Shown piece by piece: positions 61,972-64,000 of a stretch of DNA of 64,000 nt. Numbering within the stretch: the first letter of the stretch is position 1; each line of letters opens with the position of its first letter. The notes beneath the pieces are model-generated. The model searched no databases. It was not told the origin of the DNA and saw only the letters and a program-made list of their open reading frames with translations. This DNA comes from Isurus oxyrinchus (Eukaryota). The translations under genes and the position numbers were made by a program. The DNA is taken from positions 166,904,001-166,968,000 of the forward strand of contig JANJGN010000005.1 in the NCBI GenBank assembly GCA_026770705.1, written 5' to 3'.

Positions 61972-63624
61972 ATGAAGTACATTTACTTGCGTTTGCATTT
62001 AAGGTATTTCCTATTGAACTGAGGGCTTATTACTAAAACCATGCCACCTAAACCATGCCCGCGGCTGGTCAGCAATTTCTACTTGCTAACACCGCTTTAA
62101 AGGCCAAATTCAAATAAATTGTTACTTACAGATTATTTTTTGTTATGATTGCATATAAAATATTTATAAGTAACAGTAAATGTACAAAAATAAAACATGC
62201 AAATAGTTTATGTTGTGCTAAATCATACTGATTATTTTTTACTTCCCATTAATTCTATTCACTGGTTATGATTTTTCTTGCAAAGGTGTGTCCCAGATTT
62301 GAAGTACAACACTGAAATATTAATTTTCTATGCTTTTACAGACCTTTTACATTTCTAAATAGATTCAGTCTGAAACTCCTAGACTTGCAAGGGTGCCCCA
62401 GAGATGCGAGCTGGGTGAAAGGGGAAAGGCCACAAGAAACCAGCTCCACCAGGCCTTTGGACAATTTTTCGACACATGAGGAATTCCAATGTGAGCATGG
62501 GTGCTTCTTCTGTCTGCTCTAATCTACCCACCGACACACATATTGATGCCAGAGGACAACATGGAAATGGCAGGATGAAATTCAACCAGTTCCATCTCCG
62601 TTGTATTGAGCACAAAGAACAGCTGCATGATGCATTCTGCTGGTGGAAATGCAGTGGTGAAACCAGGTCTGGCTGAAAGTTGGAGGTAGTGTGCGTTTGT
62701 GGGATGGGGGTATTCTAACTTACCATTTGATAGACTTGGCAGGGCGTGGATCAAGCTGTGAAGTGGGGAATGCCAATGTACCTATGCTGAAGGCTGAGCC
62801 AGGAACTGCACAAGCTTTCAGGCCATCTCTGGAGGTTGAAGATGGGAACAGAAGTCCCTGAAAGCAAAATATATGTGAGCCTCCAAACCCATGTTAGCAG
62901 CCCTCAAAATGATTGTGCTTGGGAGCCATAACCAACGCCCCCTCTAAATTCTGTTTGCTGTGAACAGCTGGCTGTTTGTACTGCATGGTCTTTCAAAGCT
63001 GAAAATGTATTGAACTTTGAGGGAACATTGGTCATAACCCTGTCCCTGTCCCCACCCCGCAAAGATCCCACACTGGCTCTGCCACTGGAGTACAATGCAA
63101 GTCTTGTTGCTCTCCCTCTGGACACATGACCTGAAGCCCATGATTTGGAATGTGGTCTGCTGTGGATCAGGCCTCCAAGAAATTCAAACTCATTACTTAA
63201 AACCTTGGAATAATGTTTAACTTTGTCATGAATGGAAAATTGGCACTAGTGGATCAGCCAACTATCATATACCCTTCCAACTATCCTTTCCATCGAGGTG
63301 TTTCTTCACTAGAGCAGGATACTGGTGCTGATGTACATTGTTCATATGACCAACAATAGAAAAAGTCAAGAAGGTAGTCAGAAATTTTTACTGTAATAAT
63401 TTGGTGGTCATATTGTTCATCCTTTGATGGCAAAGAAAACAGTGAGAATACCATCTCATTTTTTGCAGTGATATCTTTGATGACAATTGGCAATTACCAG
63501 CTGCTGATAGAGCAGTAGATCCTCGAAATGCCAGGTTGTAAATCATGATTTTTCAAGTAAGCCTTCCTCAGCTGTTATTTACAATCAGCAGCATAATAGC
63601 AAGTGCCATCATTGATGTTTTGTT

Positions 63625-63990
63625 TTTGCTATGCTTTCTTATCGTGAGCAAGATGTTCCCAATTATTGACGTCAGTTTGGCTCTGCTTCATAGTAGCTTT
63701 TAAGCAGTCCTTTGTTGACCACCGCAAAATCACTTCTCTATTGCCAATGTGCTGGTAGTGACAGACAAATGATAAATTATCATCTTCAACACTTCAGGAT
63801 TACATTATTCAGAAATCAGCTACGTGTCTGTGACATGAGCCAATACATATTTATGGTTATGACCCAAGGTGGAGTTTGTTCTTATACATACCTTGGTACC
63901 CATTAGTATTCTGTTATAAATAAATCTTTGAACGTTGAATCCTTTCTGCAAAATCAATGCTCTTCACATGGGAACATTTAGTACATCAAG
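63625..63990 (-). mobile_element. Ancient RTE-clade LINE C-terminal remnant
   Basis: Minus-strand KDCLKATMKQSQTDVNNWEHLAHDKKA* resembles the RTE C-terminal KD.LK..LK...I....WE.LA.DR..W motif. Confidence 0.55.
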
Positions 63991-64000
63991 CTAGTTTGAT

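Noticed and set aside
62555-62610. RTE-like peptides KWQDEI and NQFHLRC
   Set aside because: Too short and in inconsistent order; likely chance.

Overview
Eukaryotic, repeat-dense non-coding DNA (intron or intergenic). The repeat complement points to a cartilaginous fish, most likely a shark; this is an inference. No host protein-coding gene can be assembled with confidence. Most of the window is decayed and nested transposable elements: two families of CR1-clade LINEs (one copy near full length with ORF1 and ORF2), L2, Vingi/Ingi-like and RTE fragments, and Penelope-like elements (one with an open GIY-YIG frame, several hammerhead-bearing terminal repeats). It also holds a tRNA-Thr-headed SINE, DeuSINE-like fragments, two Ty3/Gypsy LTR elements plus two solo LTRs, and many PIF/Harbinger derivatives: 5-6 relics with a spliced Myb/SANT gene and 7 two-ended copies of one MITE family with 3-bp TSDs. 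Standout observation: a 2.97-kb LTR element (56881-59851; both LTRs, PBS, PPT, 5-bp TSD) whose RT, RNase H and integrase core are replaced by about 560 bp of coiled-coil coding sequence resembling host UACA, currently in frame with the protease. Also notable: a 177-bp inverted duplication inside the other Gypsy element, and an extended MITE target-site preference. Boundaries of degenerate repeats are approximate and family names come from motif recognition, not database searches.
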